Assembly (NCBI GenBank): GCA_964187785.1 | Contig: OZ076409.1 | Span: 49,416,001-49,480,000, forward strand | Reading direction: 5' to 3' | Origin: Amphiscolops sp. MND2022 | Lineage: Eukaryota | Length of the DNA stretch: 64,000 bases | In this document: one piece after another, positions 23,101 through 35,453 of the stretch | Numbering within the stretch: the stretch's first letter is position 1 | How the letters are laid out: every line of letters starts with the position of its first letter | Position numbers and translations under genes: made by a program | Notes under the pieces: model-generated | What the model was told of the DNA's origin: nothing | The model's database searches: none | The model's input: the letters and a program-made list of their open reading frames with translations, nothing else

Positions 23101-25013
23101 ACTAGTAACTTCAACGATTCAAAAAAAACCTCGTTTGCAATGTAGTATTCAGTTTTAGTTTTATTTAAATTCAATCTGCCATGGGGAACATGATTAACCG
23201 ATCTAGAAATAATGGTCTCTATCCACCGAACCACTGTGATACTCTTGGTTTCTAAGGAAAGAAGTGCATGACGAGCATGTCGAACCAAGTCACAAAGTTT
23301 ATTCAGATTATGTCCCATACAGTTCACATAAAGAGTGAAAGCTACGATCATAGAATGCTTCCTTGGGGAACATTTTTAAAAAATAACAATCTAATCAGAA
23401 TACACAGTTCAGAGGACTACGTTTTGAGTGCGATTTGTTCGGTAACCTTTCATTAGTGCGATTGTACCTTCCGCAAAAAGTGCAATTTACAAACACTTTA
23501 CAGTATGAAGTGTTTCAATTGCACAGGCAATTTTCTCTTGAAAAATCTTTTACGTCGTTTTCGAAGGTGGGATTCTGATACATACGTACTACTAAAATAT
23601 ACGTGAATGATTTGCAACTCATAACACCAGCGTTTAGTTAGGTGATTTACTGCCTTTTTTTTGTGAAGGAGCTTGAATTTAGTTTCATTTCTATTGGGAT
23701 TCAATCAAAGATGCTAAAAATGTTTAATGATTCAATCAAAGATGCTGCTGTGATTCCAGTGATCCCATTATTCGCTCACGGAAAACAGTTCATCTTCAGC
23801 TGTATTATTCAAGTCAGTAAAATTGTCTGGAGTAGGTCTCTTTCTCGTAGAACGTAAAATATAGAGAAACGGACTTGGTAACGTACCATGCGGAAATCTT
23901 CGATAAATTTCAATCCAATTAGAACACATTTTAGAAAACTATATTATAGTGTTTTTAGGTAAAGTTTTGTTACGGCAGTTGGACTTACATCCGAGTACGA
24001 TCAGCTTCTGAAAAAGCCTTGTTACAGTGTGTGGAAGGCACAATATGTTTTTTCAAGCGATCTTTCAGGGCCCAAGCACGCAATTCGTCGTTTCCGGTAA
24101 ATTCAAAAGTGTCTCACATCAACATGAGCTTGAATCTTGATCATCCACTTCTTTTTGAAAACTTAAAGTTGAGCAGTTGGACATTTTTAGACCGAAAAAC
24201 ACAAATGTTAGCTTCTGATCAAACTGTTGGCGCCTTTAGTGCAGCTTCAGTGGTAGACAAGCTTCATTAAAATCTGCGATATCGAAAACAGTTCGTAAAA
24301 TATTGCAAAAAATATTTCAAATTTCAAAAATATTAGTAAAACTCGCAAGTGCCGAGAAAAACTCAAAGCAGAGGGTCTTTGACACGTCAAGGGTTTGGAA
24401 ACGAAGAAATTTGGTCCTCGTCAGAAATTGATCCGATGGCCATCTGCTGGGAAGCGCACATGGCTACTTCCGGCGTGAACAAATAAATGGGTGGCGTTAA
24501 TAATCTCTAAACTCTCTAAACTGATTATCGGGCACATTTTCTCATCAATGTGCCGACTAAAAAACGTGCAAGACTTTGAAATGACTAGATTTTTTTTCTC
24601 CATACCACAGAGTTCACACTAAACGGTCTACTTTTAACAGATTTTAGACCAAAGGGTTCCTTTGAGTTTCTCATAAATTTGCCCAATCATCACAATACGA
24701 GACCGAAGGGTCCCTTCAGGAGTTTTTGACATTGTTTTACGTTTCTTTTTTATACTTTTTCTGTTAGAAAAATAAGTTTTAAGAGCATAAAAACTTTTTT
24801 TGCGTTCTTTGGCAGTCTTATACTTGCGAGATTTTCCTTGAAAACGTCTTGAGCATATTTCAAAGTTTTGCTTATCGAACTCAAAAACCAAATAAAAGTA
24901 TCCTCAAATTCTTGTTATTAGGGAGAATACATGATGATACCCAGTGTTCGAAGCCATGGAACGCTTGCCATGATCATGGTTAATCTTGCTAAATCATGGT
25001 TAACCATGGTACC

Positions 25014-26744
25014 TGTCGCAGGCTGCCGCCTGTGACGGCACAAGGATTACAACAACAGCTGTTGGCCAGGATGTGGCCCCAGGAACTCTCCCTATATCTA
25101 TTAAAGTAAACTAAAACTTACTCTTAAACTTTTACGTTGCTTATGTATTTTGTTGCCATATTATTTTAGAAAATAGCCAAAAGGGCCGTACCGGGACGTA
25201 TTCCCTTGTTACCAAAACTTAGAATTATTGCACTTGTTGATTATTTATAGTCAACCTTAGTTTTGAATGTCAACTGTATATTAGTCTGTTAACATAGATC
25301 GTGCTGTGTTGTTGTATTATCAATGTAATGCAGTAATAATCAAAGATTATAGCAAGCAACTAAGAGAAAGTACGGAAACGAGTTCAAATGGACTCCTGTA
25401 CTTTCTTGCCAACGCCGCTTGCGCTCACCCAATTAGCCAATCAGAGGCCTTCATTTTCGAGTGCTTTATTCTCTTTTGCCAATTACGGCCTTTGTACAAT
25501 ATGGACGAGTGTGCTATTAATGCCGTTCAGGCGAACGGCCTAATCCGGCTATTTAGTCTCCAATGAGTGAAGCACTTGTAATTGATGCTAATTTCATGTA
25601 GTAGTATTTATTTAGTAGTAGGCTTTGTTGATCATGAAATACCAATTTGAAGTGCTATTTAGTACTTTGTTGTGTTACTAACAAATAGTTGCCCGATTCT
25701 GCTTTAATATAACCCTGTTGCATGAAATTTGATGTTATTGCCTTAACAGGCCTTTTGCCATTGTACCTACGATAAGTATTTAGACCAAACAAGTTTGTTG
25801 TGCTATCACGTGCTAAAGAACGCGTACCTGTATCAACAAATACCTGTTCGATGGAAATATTTTGCCAAATATGTAAACGATGCTAACGGTTGAATGTTTG
25901 TTCCTTTGATGTATAATATTTGGAATGGATGGCGTTCATCCCGTGACCATCAGAAATGCAGTCATATGATATTGTCTTAGTCAAGGAATGTAAAGAATGT
26001 GAGTGTCACTCTTTCGGGGGTATAAATACCTGTGCCTTTGAGAGAGGAGACACTTCTTATTTGCTCTCTTCTGAAAAAGACTATCATATTAGTACAAACG
26101 GTTTCACTGTTATTTTCGAGATATAATCTAATTCAATTTTATACTCGAAGTTTTCCTTATGCCTACTACAAGAAAACAAAAGAAGACTAGAAAGTCCAGA
26201 GGACTAGAGATCCTTTCTGATATCGAAAACCTAGATATAATGTTAGGAGGCGATCGTTACAATGGAACTGTAAGAGAAAGGAGTTTAGACAGTAACTACG
26301 TTAGAAGGAGAGAAAGTATCGTGAGTAATAATTTAGACAATGAGGGCGGAAGCCTGTTTTCAAATTGTAGAAATGATGAACCTAGGACAAGTGCCGATCT
26401 TGGCCAAAACTCAGCTGAAGCAAACTCACTAGCTGAGATAAACAGGTTGTCTAGCGAATTGAACTCTAGGATATCCCGTGAGATGGATGAAATGATGAGT
26501 AATGTTGATACGCTGATCCAAAGGGCCATTAATGAAGCTATTAGTAGTCAAGTATTGCCTCAAATACAGAATGCCATAATGGCCGGATCAGGCCGAGAGA
26601 CCAGAAGGGGATGGGAAGCCCCAGTTGAGAGACCGGAAGTAAATGCCGAGGAACAGCGAATTCCAAGTGCTAAGGCCGACTGTAGAAATGAACAACATGA
26701 TGGATACCGACCAAGTGGTCAATCAAGCCGTCATGCTCATGACA
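25014..26744 (+). mobile_element. Solo LTR D (1731 bp) of the large-LTR clade
   Basis: TGTCGCAGGC...CATGACA with TSD GTACC on both sides; contains a TATA-like box and the gag N-terminal frame. Confidence 0.92.
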
Positions 26745-26821
26745 GTACCCTTGCCAAGATCATGGCTAGTCATGATACATGGAACGCTTGCCAAGATCAT
26801 GGCAAGATCTTGACAAGATAA
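26159..26821 (+). pseudogene. LTR-encoded Gag N-terminal fragment fused to flanking DNA (220 aa)
   Basis: MPTTRKQKKTRKSR...ELNSRISREMDEMM...QVLPQIQN is homologous to the C Gag N-terminus. The frame runs past the LTR end at 26744. Confidence 0.8.
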
Positions 26822-27505
26822 CCATGGTAAGACATGTAAGCTGGTATTAATTGTGCATAATTTATTCTTTTCGCAAAAATTCTTTGTCGTCTGCGATTTT
26901 AGAATTATCCACTGTAATAACTTTGGACATAATATTTATTGATTGAAAATAGTTTTTTAATTGAAAATTATCCAAAATTTGCTCATTAGTTTGCTGCACC
27001 TATTGACCGAGTTTTGTTACTTGAGAGCACGGCATTGTTACTACTAACATGACTTATCATACCAAGCAAACTCCGAATCAAGTTATTGCAATTTACGGGT
27101 TTGCGATATCGGTGTGAAAACCAACTTTTCTAGCTATTATTTGTTTAGAATTATGCAAATCATGCTATTACCTGATCTATTGAGGTAACGGGTTCTAATC
27201 ACTGAAGTTCGAGAATGCAATAAAAACTCAAAATGGTCGGAGCAAAAACATTTTTCCTTTAATGACTTGACTACCAATTTTTCTTCTGTTTAACCCTATA
27301 CATGTCTGTTTTTTGGTCCCAATAAATTTTGAGATACTAGTTACAATTTGAAAGTAAGAGCTCAGAATTTTCCAAAATTTTCGCTAATGTTACCATGGAA
27401 CCCTTGCCAAGATCATGGTTAATCATGGTTAGCCTATGCACGATCTTGCATGGCCATGGCATCCTTGCCAAGATCATGGCAAGATCATGGCAAGATCTTG
27501 ACAAG

Positions 27506-29016
27506 TGTAACGTCCAGCAAAAAGACGTCACAAAAACTCGATGAAATGTGCGATAGCAAAATTTCTAAAACAAGATGGCCGACCTGACAGGTACTGAAAA
27601 TTGAAAAGGATGATGAAAAAAAGTGCAAACCACCCCCACCCTACCCGAGACAGAACACACCGTCACAGAAGTATCCCCGAAATCGCCGTGTTGTGCCATC
27701 TCCCTCGGACGACGTCCCAGCTGCCAGCAGAACCCGAAGAATGGCCCAAGAGATGAAGAAACTCAGAAGTTCGCATATTTTGCGTGTGCCACCTAGTAGG
27801 TCCAAGACCAAGGCTCGCTGACACTGACGCCTGATGTTTTCTGAATCTATTGTACCATGTTTGCGGTTTTTGTAGATGTTTGGTGATGTTTTACCCCTTA
27901 TTTCACCCAGTTTAGACGTTATTCACTAATTGAATGCAATTTGGCTAAACCCCTGTTTTTGGACCTCGGAGGTATGTAGGAACACGCAGGAACATTAGGA
28001 ATTGTTTTTACAGGCTTGTGGGACGTGTCCGGACTTTGAGAGAGCCGGCACGTCGCCTCGGAGCTCTAACTGAGGAGACTCCTTAGGCGTATAGGAAAAG
28101 TCCCTTTTAGGAGACCATTTTGGGATTAAAAACTAATGTCTAGGTTGTAGTAAGACACTGGTCTCCTGTTCAAGCAATCTAGGCATTGTCCCACTTCTAT
28201 GATATACTCTGCTAGGTGGTTGACGTTACATCTAGAAGAGTTTTTATGGCGCCCCACAAGGGACCTTTTTTCCATCTTTTCGCCATAAAAACTACTCTAG
28301 ATGTAACGTCAAGCAAGTAACGCACATACTAGAACTGGGACAATACTTAGGTTGCTTAGACAGGAGACCATAGTCCTACAACAAGCCTTAATACCAGTTT
28401 TTCGTCCCTAAAGGTCTCCTAGGGACTTTTCCAAAACACCGTGGAGACTCCTCTTATTAGAGCTCCGTGGCGACGTGCCGGCACACTCAAAGTCCGGACA
28501 CGTCCCACAAGCGTGTAAAAACGTTCCTAAAGGCTTCCCCGTGCTCTACATACTTCCGAGGTCTGAAAACAGGGTTCTAGTTGAAGTGCATTTTATTTCA
28601 GAAAATAACGTCTAAATACTCCATTACAAGGATCTGGCAGATCCGACATCATCATAAATCTGTAAATCAATACTAATGACATCAGAATCAATCAAGATTG
28701 GCCTTTCTGACATGTTTCTATTGAATTCGCGATTCTCTTCATCTTCTTCGCTGTGGGATATCGGAATCTCAGAACGTTTTTGTATTAAAAACGCACTTTT
28801 CTGGGGAGATGACACAAATCCGAGCATTTTTCTTGTTCTTCCACATCGTGTCAGTGTCTTTTCTTCTTTTCTGGGTCGGGGTTGGGTTCGTCTGTCTTTT
28901 TTTTGCTTCCTTTTTGGTTTCAACGACCTGCCAGGTCGGCCATTTTGATTCGCACACTTTCTGGTTTTTGATCGAATTTTTTATCGAAAATTTGGTGCTG
29001 ACTGGTGGACGTTACA
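27506..29016. repeat. 1.5 kb imperfect palindrome of two LTR-like arms (27506-28230 and 28302-29016)
   Basis: Each arm is bounded by TGTAACGTC...GACGTTACA. The inner halves are clearly reverse-complementary (e.g. GCTTGTGGGACGTGTCCGGACTTTGAG / CTCAAAGTCCGGACACGTCCCACAAGC). Confidence 0.85.
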
Positions 29017-30058
29017 AAGGCTACCAAGGAACTTGCCATGGATCTTGGCAAGGATGCCATGGCTTCGAACACTGGGTACGTATAAGGGTAACATCATACG
29101 TCGATATGATCATCATCGATATCGAAATAAATTATTGAAAATAACTGTTTCAATGTGTTCAAAAACATGGCAATTGATTCAAATATTAACGAAAATACAT
29201 TCTCAAAGAAGGCAGAATCTATAACAAGGCTTCGTCAAAAAATCCATCATCAAACATCCTTTCAAACTTTAATAGTTTCTTCTTCAGCGAATTCTGAATT
29301 AGTTCGCAACTAATCCTAAGATTTCAAAAACCTGCAATTTAGATTCAGCAACTGAGTAGCATTAGTCTTAACGCATTATCTTGAGACTATTGGACTTAAT
29401 TTTAAAAAATGATACAAAAAATGTGCCTTATAAATACGAATTAACCATTTTTCGCGCAGGTTTCTTTGTATAAACAGAAAAAAAAGAAGTGGTCTTCACC
29501 CAGCAAATAGAAACGCTTTTAGCTCGAGCCCTTAAATTCCAAGAAACTGGTGTTTTCCGAATTCGGTTGTCTGGACTAAAAAGGGTGTGTTTTCGAAATT
29601 CATATTTTATTATTCATGATTAATAATCTGCAGAGGAGTAGATAGCTAATGAGATGAGCACAAGTTACTATGTTAGAACCAGTCTAGTTTTTAGATCTCG
29701 ATACTCTCGAACGAATTGGGTCAAATACATGTATCTTGAACGGAGAAGGAGCAATTCCTTGAGGTACTAACCTAATTAGTCTGCATCAAGTCTAATTAGT
29801 CTGCTACTATACCAAATAGCAGACCAAAAGCTGACGAGCACCCAAATTAAAACCAAAAGGTACTCAAAATGATTGCATAATTATGATTATAATTGCAATT
29901 TTCTTTGAGCAACTTTTAGTTTCCTTTTGAGTATTCTAATGTCGATCGGCGTGGACGCTACTTAATGTCGCCCTAGGCGAATTTCCGAATTGGTTGATGT
30001 CTCAAGTCATTAAGCCACATGGCCTAATTTACTTAATGATGAATAAATTCAAAGGTGT

Positions 30059-30406
30059 TTAATTTCGAGTGTTGAATTTGATAATGAAAGACCTGATAAA
30101 AATAGCAAAACTTAGAGCAAACTTCAAACAGAATAAACCATGACAACATGACACATTGCACTCAGATTTGAACATATTAGGTTGAGGCTCTGTGGATTTT
30201 TCCATGAAATTGCTCTTCACACTGGATGAGGGAAAGTGAGGGGATGAAGTCTGTGAACAAGTCTGGACTCCCCACTGGTCGTGGATGCAGGATATTACTT
30301 CCGGGGTGCCACATGCTATCACTACTTGAAAGTACTGGGTAGAGGAGGAAGGTGATGAGCCAGAGTCCGGATCGGTTTTCGGCTGCTCTGGACAGATATC
30401 GGAAAC
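30059..30406 (-). CDS. Possible terminal exon of a host cysteine-containing protein with a hydrophobic tail
   Basis: Acceptor-like TTTCATTGTTTAAG, open frame with CNVSCCHGLFC and a hydrophobic C-terminus. No coherent upstream exon found. Confidence 0.2.
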   Translation of the reverse strand, partial: VSDICPEQPKTDPDSGSSPSSSTQYFQVVIACGTPEVISCIHDQWGVQTCSQTSSPHFPSSSVKSNFMEKSTEPQPNMFKSECNVSCCHGLFCLKFALSFAIFIRSFIIKFNTRN

Positions 30407-31033
30407 CTTAAACAATGAAAACTTGATGCTTCATTACAACAGAAATTTTCGATAATTCTTTTGAAATTAGCCTTTGGTTTTTTCGAAAAAGGTTCTGATA
30501 GAAGTTTGAGGTTATTTGTTCTAGTGAAATCTCATGTCTTCGAAACATTCTGCAATGTTTTGCAAGTTAATTCATTTGGACGTTACACACAGAAGTAACA
30601 TAGGTTACCCTTCTGCTGAAAGACTTCGTTAATAATGTAACAGAACCAAAGCATTTAGCCCAAATAACTCTATGAAAGATCGCGAGAACTTTCTTCTGCT
30701 CCTCGAAAATAAATCGATGTTGTTTACATGTTCAAATTTGATGCAAACTCTACGAAAGAGTTGTTAAACTGGGGAAAATTGAGTCATATGTTAGAGGGAA
30801 TCATCTTTTCAATATAATACTAATTATTATACTTGTTTTTTGTTTGAAGAAACCTAGAAGTAACATGAACAGAACTGGCGAAAGCTGTCTCGAAGTATTT
30901 CAAGGCCGTTCCATTCTTTGATGTGTCATTTCCCACGAAGACATTGATCAATCACTTCTTCTGACTATCAGTCTGCTGATATGGTCAATTGGATAGCTTG
31001 TTTTGATCAACTTTGAGTATCTAATTAAAACTC

Positions 31034-34000
31034 TGTGGAGGACACTAGACTAAACTCATATATTACATGAACTAATTAGTCTAGCCTTGACATTTATACT
31101 TTATAATAGTGTATATACAATTGTGTTTGTATACTACCTGCTCCTTCCACTTAAGCGCAGATGAAGCTACTTATTAGTAGTACAAAAAGATACGGATTGA
31201 AACAGTTCAATTTTATGATTCATATTCTTTTCAACCCTCACTCAGAATACTCCAAACTCCTTTAGGTTAAAATCCTAAATTTGGCTGTGTCGACAAGCCG
31301 AGAGCATGAAATGCATTGTCTGCTTCGTTCAGTAAGCAAGTAACTTGAAAAGTTACACAAGAACACAAAAGAAAACCAGAAAAAAACAGGAAATCGACAG
31401 AGAAACAGAGAACACTCCAAGAAGCGGAGGAAACGCGACGACGTCGGCGGTATCACACGCAAGTGGACAACTGGTAACCAATGAGACAATGAATAGGACG
31501 GCGGACCGGACCTGCACTCAACAACTTACAACTCCGACACTGGAAAAACAGGACTATACCAGTGCAAACATGTGGTGGCGGAAATTTGTCCAATACATCA
31601 AGATGACAAAAGACATCAATTTTTCGACCATGACAAACAATAAAGAAATACTGCCACAATTCCGTGATCAATTAGAACCGGAAATGAAGGACATATATCT
31701 ATGGGCAATTGGACAAACCGCTATTACGGAGATGAAAAAAACGGTCAGAGAAAGAGAACCAAGCTCACTACCTTTACAAAAACTATACACATTATTTCGC
31801 TTGCACTTTAAACCAGAGAGGAATGTGCAACATAGCAGAGCCGACTTTTTCGACCTAAAAAGAGAAAATGGAGAATCAGCAGCGGATGTATGGAAATGGA
31901 TCCTAGAAGTAGAAGAACTGCGAAATTGAAGCAATAACCGCAGCAGAGCTCCTAGCGTCAAAATTCCTATTCCTCATCGGTGAATCCAGTGGTGATTACG
32001 AATTGAAGAAAAAGATTAGAAAAAGCGACATGTCGGTAGAAACAAAAACTGACATACTACCTGAATGCATGTATGAAAAATTAAATGATTCACCAGAAAC
32101 AGAAGAAGAGAAGAAAACCCGTTACTTGAATGAGAGGAAGACACGAACCAAAAAAGAAACAGAAAATGAACCGGCAAAAATCAAAAAGGTATACTGCAAC
32201 AGATCCGGGGCACCTAACTGGTCGAAACAACATCAATGTCCGGCCAGAGGAAAGAAATGGGCAAAGTGCGGAAAGATAGGCCACTTTGCAAAATTTTGCC
32301 GGTCCCACAAGAAAATAAACCACATACAGGATGAAGAAACAAGCAGTGCGGAAGATGATGAATGGTCACCAGACACAGTCCATTCAAAAAAACAGAAGAT
32401 CCTTTCTACACAGTCAGTAACCAACAGCGGTCCAGAATTCTTCACTCTACCCGCATTGGTCAATGACTGACCAATCAAGTTCACCCGTAACTCTAATAGC
32501 GAAGTCACAATTCAACAACAAAACACCGTTACAGCCACTGGAAACGGAATATAGAGATGTGAATGACAATCGGATAAAATTTGAAGGAAAAACAACAGAA
32601 ATGGTAAAAATCAACAGTGAACAGAAACATTTGGAAATACTGGTAACGACAAAGAAGACAAACCCATTGCTGGGATAAGACTGGATGAAAAAACTGGGAA
32701 TAACACTAGACAAGGATAATATTGACTTGACCCGCAAATAAAACATGTCAAAGAAAACCCAGACATTAAAAGAACTGAAAAGACAATTGCAAAAATTCTT
32801 CAATGAAAACCACACAATAAAAGGGGTAAAAGTCGAAATACAACTGAAAGAAGATGCAAAACTAATACATTAGAAAGGGAGACCAATACCGATTCATTTA
32901 CAACAATTGGTCGAGAAAGAAATAGCAACGCTAAAAAGCCAAGGCCACATCGAAAAAGCGAACGATATCGACGAATACTGCTTTGTCATCCCAGTTTTAT
33001 TGTTCACAGACCGGTTCCGCAAGTGGCCGGCGTCAAATTATTGTACGTCCACGGACGGAGAAACGGCAGTAAAATTATTAGAACAGTACATCCGCCTAAA
33101 CGGTATACTGAAAACAATTCGAACGGACAAAGCTACCGCATTCACGGGACGTCTTTTTAGAGAATTCTGTAGAAGACTTTACTTCAAATTAATATACGGG
33201 ACACCGTAATTGCACACCCCAACCGTCTTAGTAGAGCGGGTCGTTAGAACACTGAAAGAAAATCTTCTAACTAATATTAATGCCGGAGAATGTTTCGGAA
33301 ATGCGTTAGATATGTCCCTCGAAGTAATGAGAAAAAACACACTACACAAGAGTAGGAAAATTGGCCTTCGAGCTCCATTACGGCAGAAAACCCAGTACGG
33401 AAATTAGCAACCTACTGAAACTGGATATGTTGGAAAAACTAACAAAAGGTTCCGTTTTAGCCAAACCAGATACCTTACAGGTGTACTCTTTCAATGGAGC
33501 TGGCGGTGTGTCCGACAAGCTACCTATCAAGCCGAAGAAAAGCGCGAAAGGAGTAACTACCCTTTTTTATTTTTAGAGAAAAAACATCAGCGATCTAAGT
33601 TCGAAAGTGCAGATTCCGATAACCCCTAAATAGCGACATCGAGCACTGAACACACAGTTACTACACCCAACGGAATAATCATACATAGAAAAAACATTAG
33701 TCAACCCATAACTGATTTTGTACAGGAAAACAGCAACAGAGGGAGAGGTCCGAGGGGACCACATGGACGATTTACAAAATCACCATAAAAACCAAAACGC
33801 ATGAATATAATAGAAACAGAAAGCAAGCCAGAAGCACCACCTATGGAGACAGAAAGCCCCGAAACAAATGCAAATTTTAAAAAGAGTACCTTCGGCCGAG
33901 GCAGACCGAAACTCATAATGGAACGTACCAGCCCAGGGTCTCCCCAAAGCGGTCCAGACAAGATACCAGCACTGGATGGCAATACGGGCCCGCTAACAAT

Positions 34001-34838
34001 GAGTATGGACCACATGACAGAAACCGAAATACACCAGGCCATACAAGACACTAAATGCGCAGACCAAGAATTTTTGATCAGAGACGGAAACGGTAAGGTA
34101 TATACCGATCCCAGCATAAACCCAAAAACAACAGAAGACAACCTAGAAACCTCTGAATTAGAACTAGCCAGAAGCTTAAGTTCAAGTACTGAAATCGAAA
34201 CTGACATAAAAACTGAAGAAGAGCAAACCATTCTTAGATCAAAAAGGTTGACAAAAACTAATGCTATTGTTAGAAATAATAATCCCATGTATCATGATTA
34301 CAGGAAACACCGGAAAAAAGCGGAACTCGGGCAATATACCGGGTGAACCAGACATGGAACCGGAGAATGGAAGCAACAACCTACCATGAACCAACAAGCG
34401 GACAAAATACAGACGTTACGGTCACTCATAAACCACGAGAACACTGGAAGTAGGGAACAGTCAACCGTCCACCAACCGCCAGAAGACAACTAAACAACAG
34501 AACCCCATTGACAGAGCATCAGCCAATAGTAGAAGGGGGATGTAGAGGAACCTAGACTAAGCTCATATATTACATTACCTAATTAGTCTAGCCTTGACAT
34601 TTATACATTATATTAGTCTATATGCAATTGTGTTTGTATACTACCTTTTCCTGCCACTTAAGCGCAGATGAAGCTACTTATTAGTAGTACAAAAAGATAC
34701 GAATTGAAACACCTTAATTTTATGATTGATATTCTATTCAACGCTCAGTCAGAATACTCCAAACTTCTTTAGGTTAAAATCCTAAATTTGGCTGTGTCGA
34801 CAAGCCGAGAGCATGAAATGCATTGTCTGCTTCGTTCT
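31034..34838 (+). mobile_element. Element E: decayed small-LTR Ty3/Gypsy element with an internal deletion
   Basis: ~300-bp diverged direct repeats (31034-31331 and 34541-34838), PPT AGAAGGGGGA at 34531-34540. Broken gag (CGKIGHFAKFC knuckle), protease/RT start and integrase core (IRTDKATAFT). No clear TSD. Confidence 0.85.
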
Positions 34839-35453
34839 GACGTTGCTAAATGCCACAAATTTACTATTTTTCGAAAGTTTGACAATTTTTTTATGTCGTC
34901 ATTGATTTGCGTTCTTAGAGGAACGTTCCGCTAAATTGAAAAAAAATCAAACCGATTGTACGTATCATAAATATATTAACCATTAATCTTAAGATTCAAG
35001 AACATGAAACAACTCTTGGGGAAACATGAAGTAAACTCGAACAAGGCAGTGGTCATTGTTTGAAACGGAAAACTACGTTTCAGTTCTAGAGTTGCATGGA
35101 AGAGAATTGTGCAGTAATGTCAAAACAAAAAAATCATGGCAACCCAAGATAACTGAACTCAGAATTCACTCCGAAGTATTTACCCTGGGATGGCGTCCAG
35201 TTATTGGTTACTTATATATGCGCGAAGAATGAAACCGAAACAAAAACCGCATGCGAGAAAACTCTTTATGTCTACGACTTGATACCTTTTTTCCGAAGAT
35301 GTCGTGAGATGTCTCCAAAGAACCAACTAATAAACTAGTTTTCACAAACTGAGAAAAGCTAAAACACCATGTCTCCGAAGAAATGAAATCTAGGTTGCAA
35401 GACCCTGATCAAACTAGGACCACGATGGCCAGAGGAACACCAAAGTATCGTAT

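Larger units (their letters stand above)
24940..29076. mobile_element. Non-autonomous TIR DNA element with internal CCATGG/CTTGCCAAGATC subrepeats; hosts two nested insertions
   Basis: TIR CCCAGTGTTCGAAGCCATGG ... CCATGGCTTCGAACACTGGG, flanked by TA on both sides. Confidence 0.8.

Noticed and set aside
26750..27505. CCATGG/CTTGCCAAGATC repeats as a CRISPR-like array
   Set aside because: Irregular, degenerate subterminal repeats of a TIR element in a eukaryotic context; no cas genes.
30577..30587. Isolated TGGACGTTACA matching the palindrome terminus
   Set aside because: Only 11 bp with no flanking similarity; could be chance.
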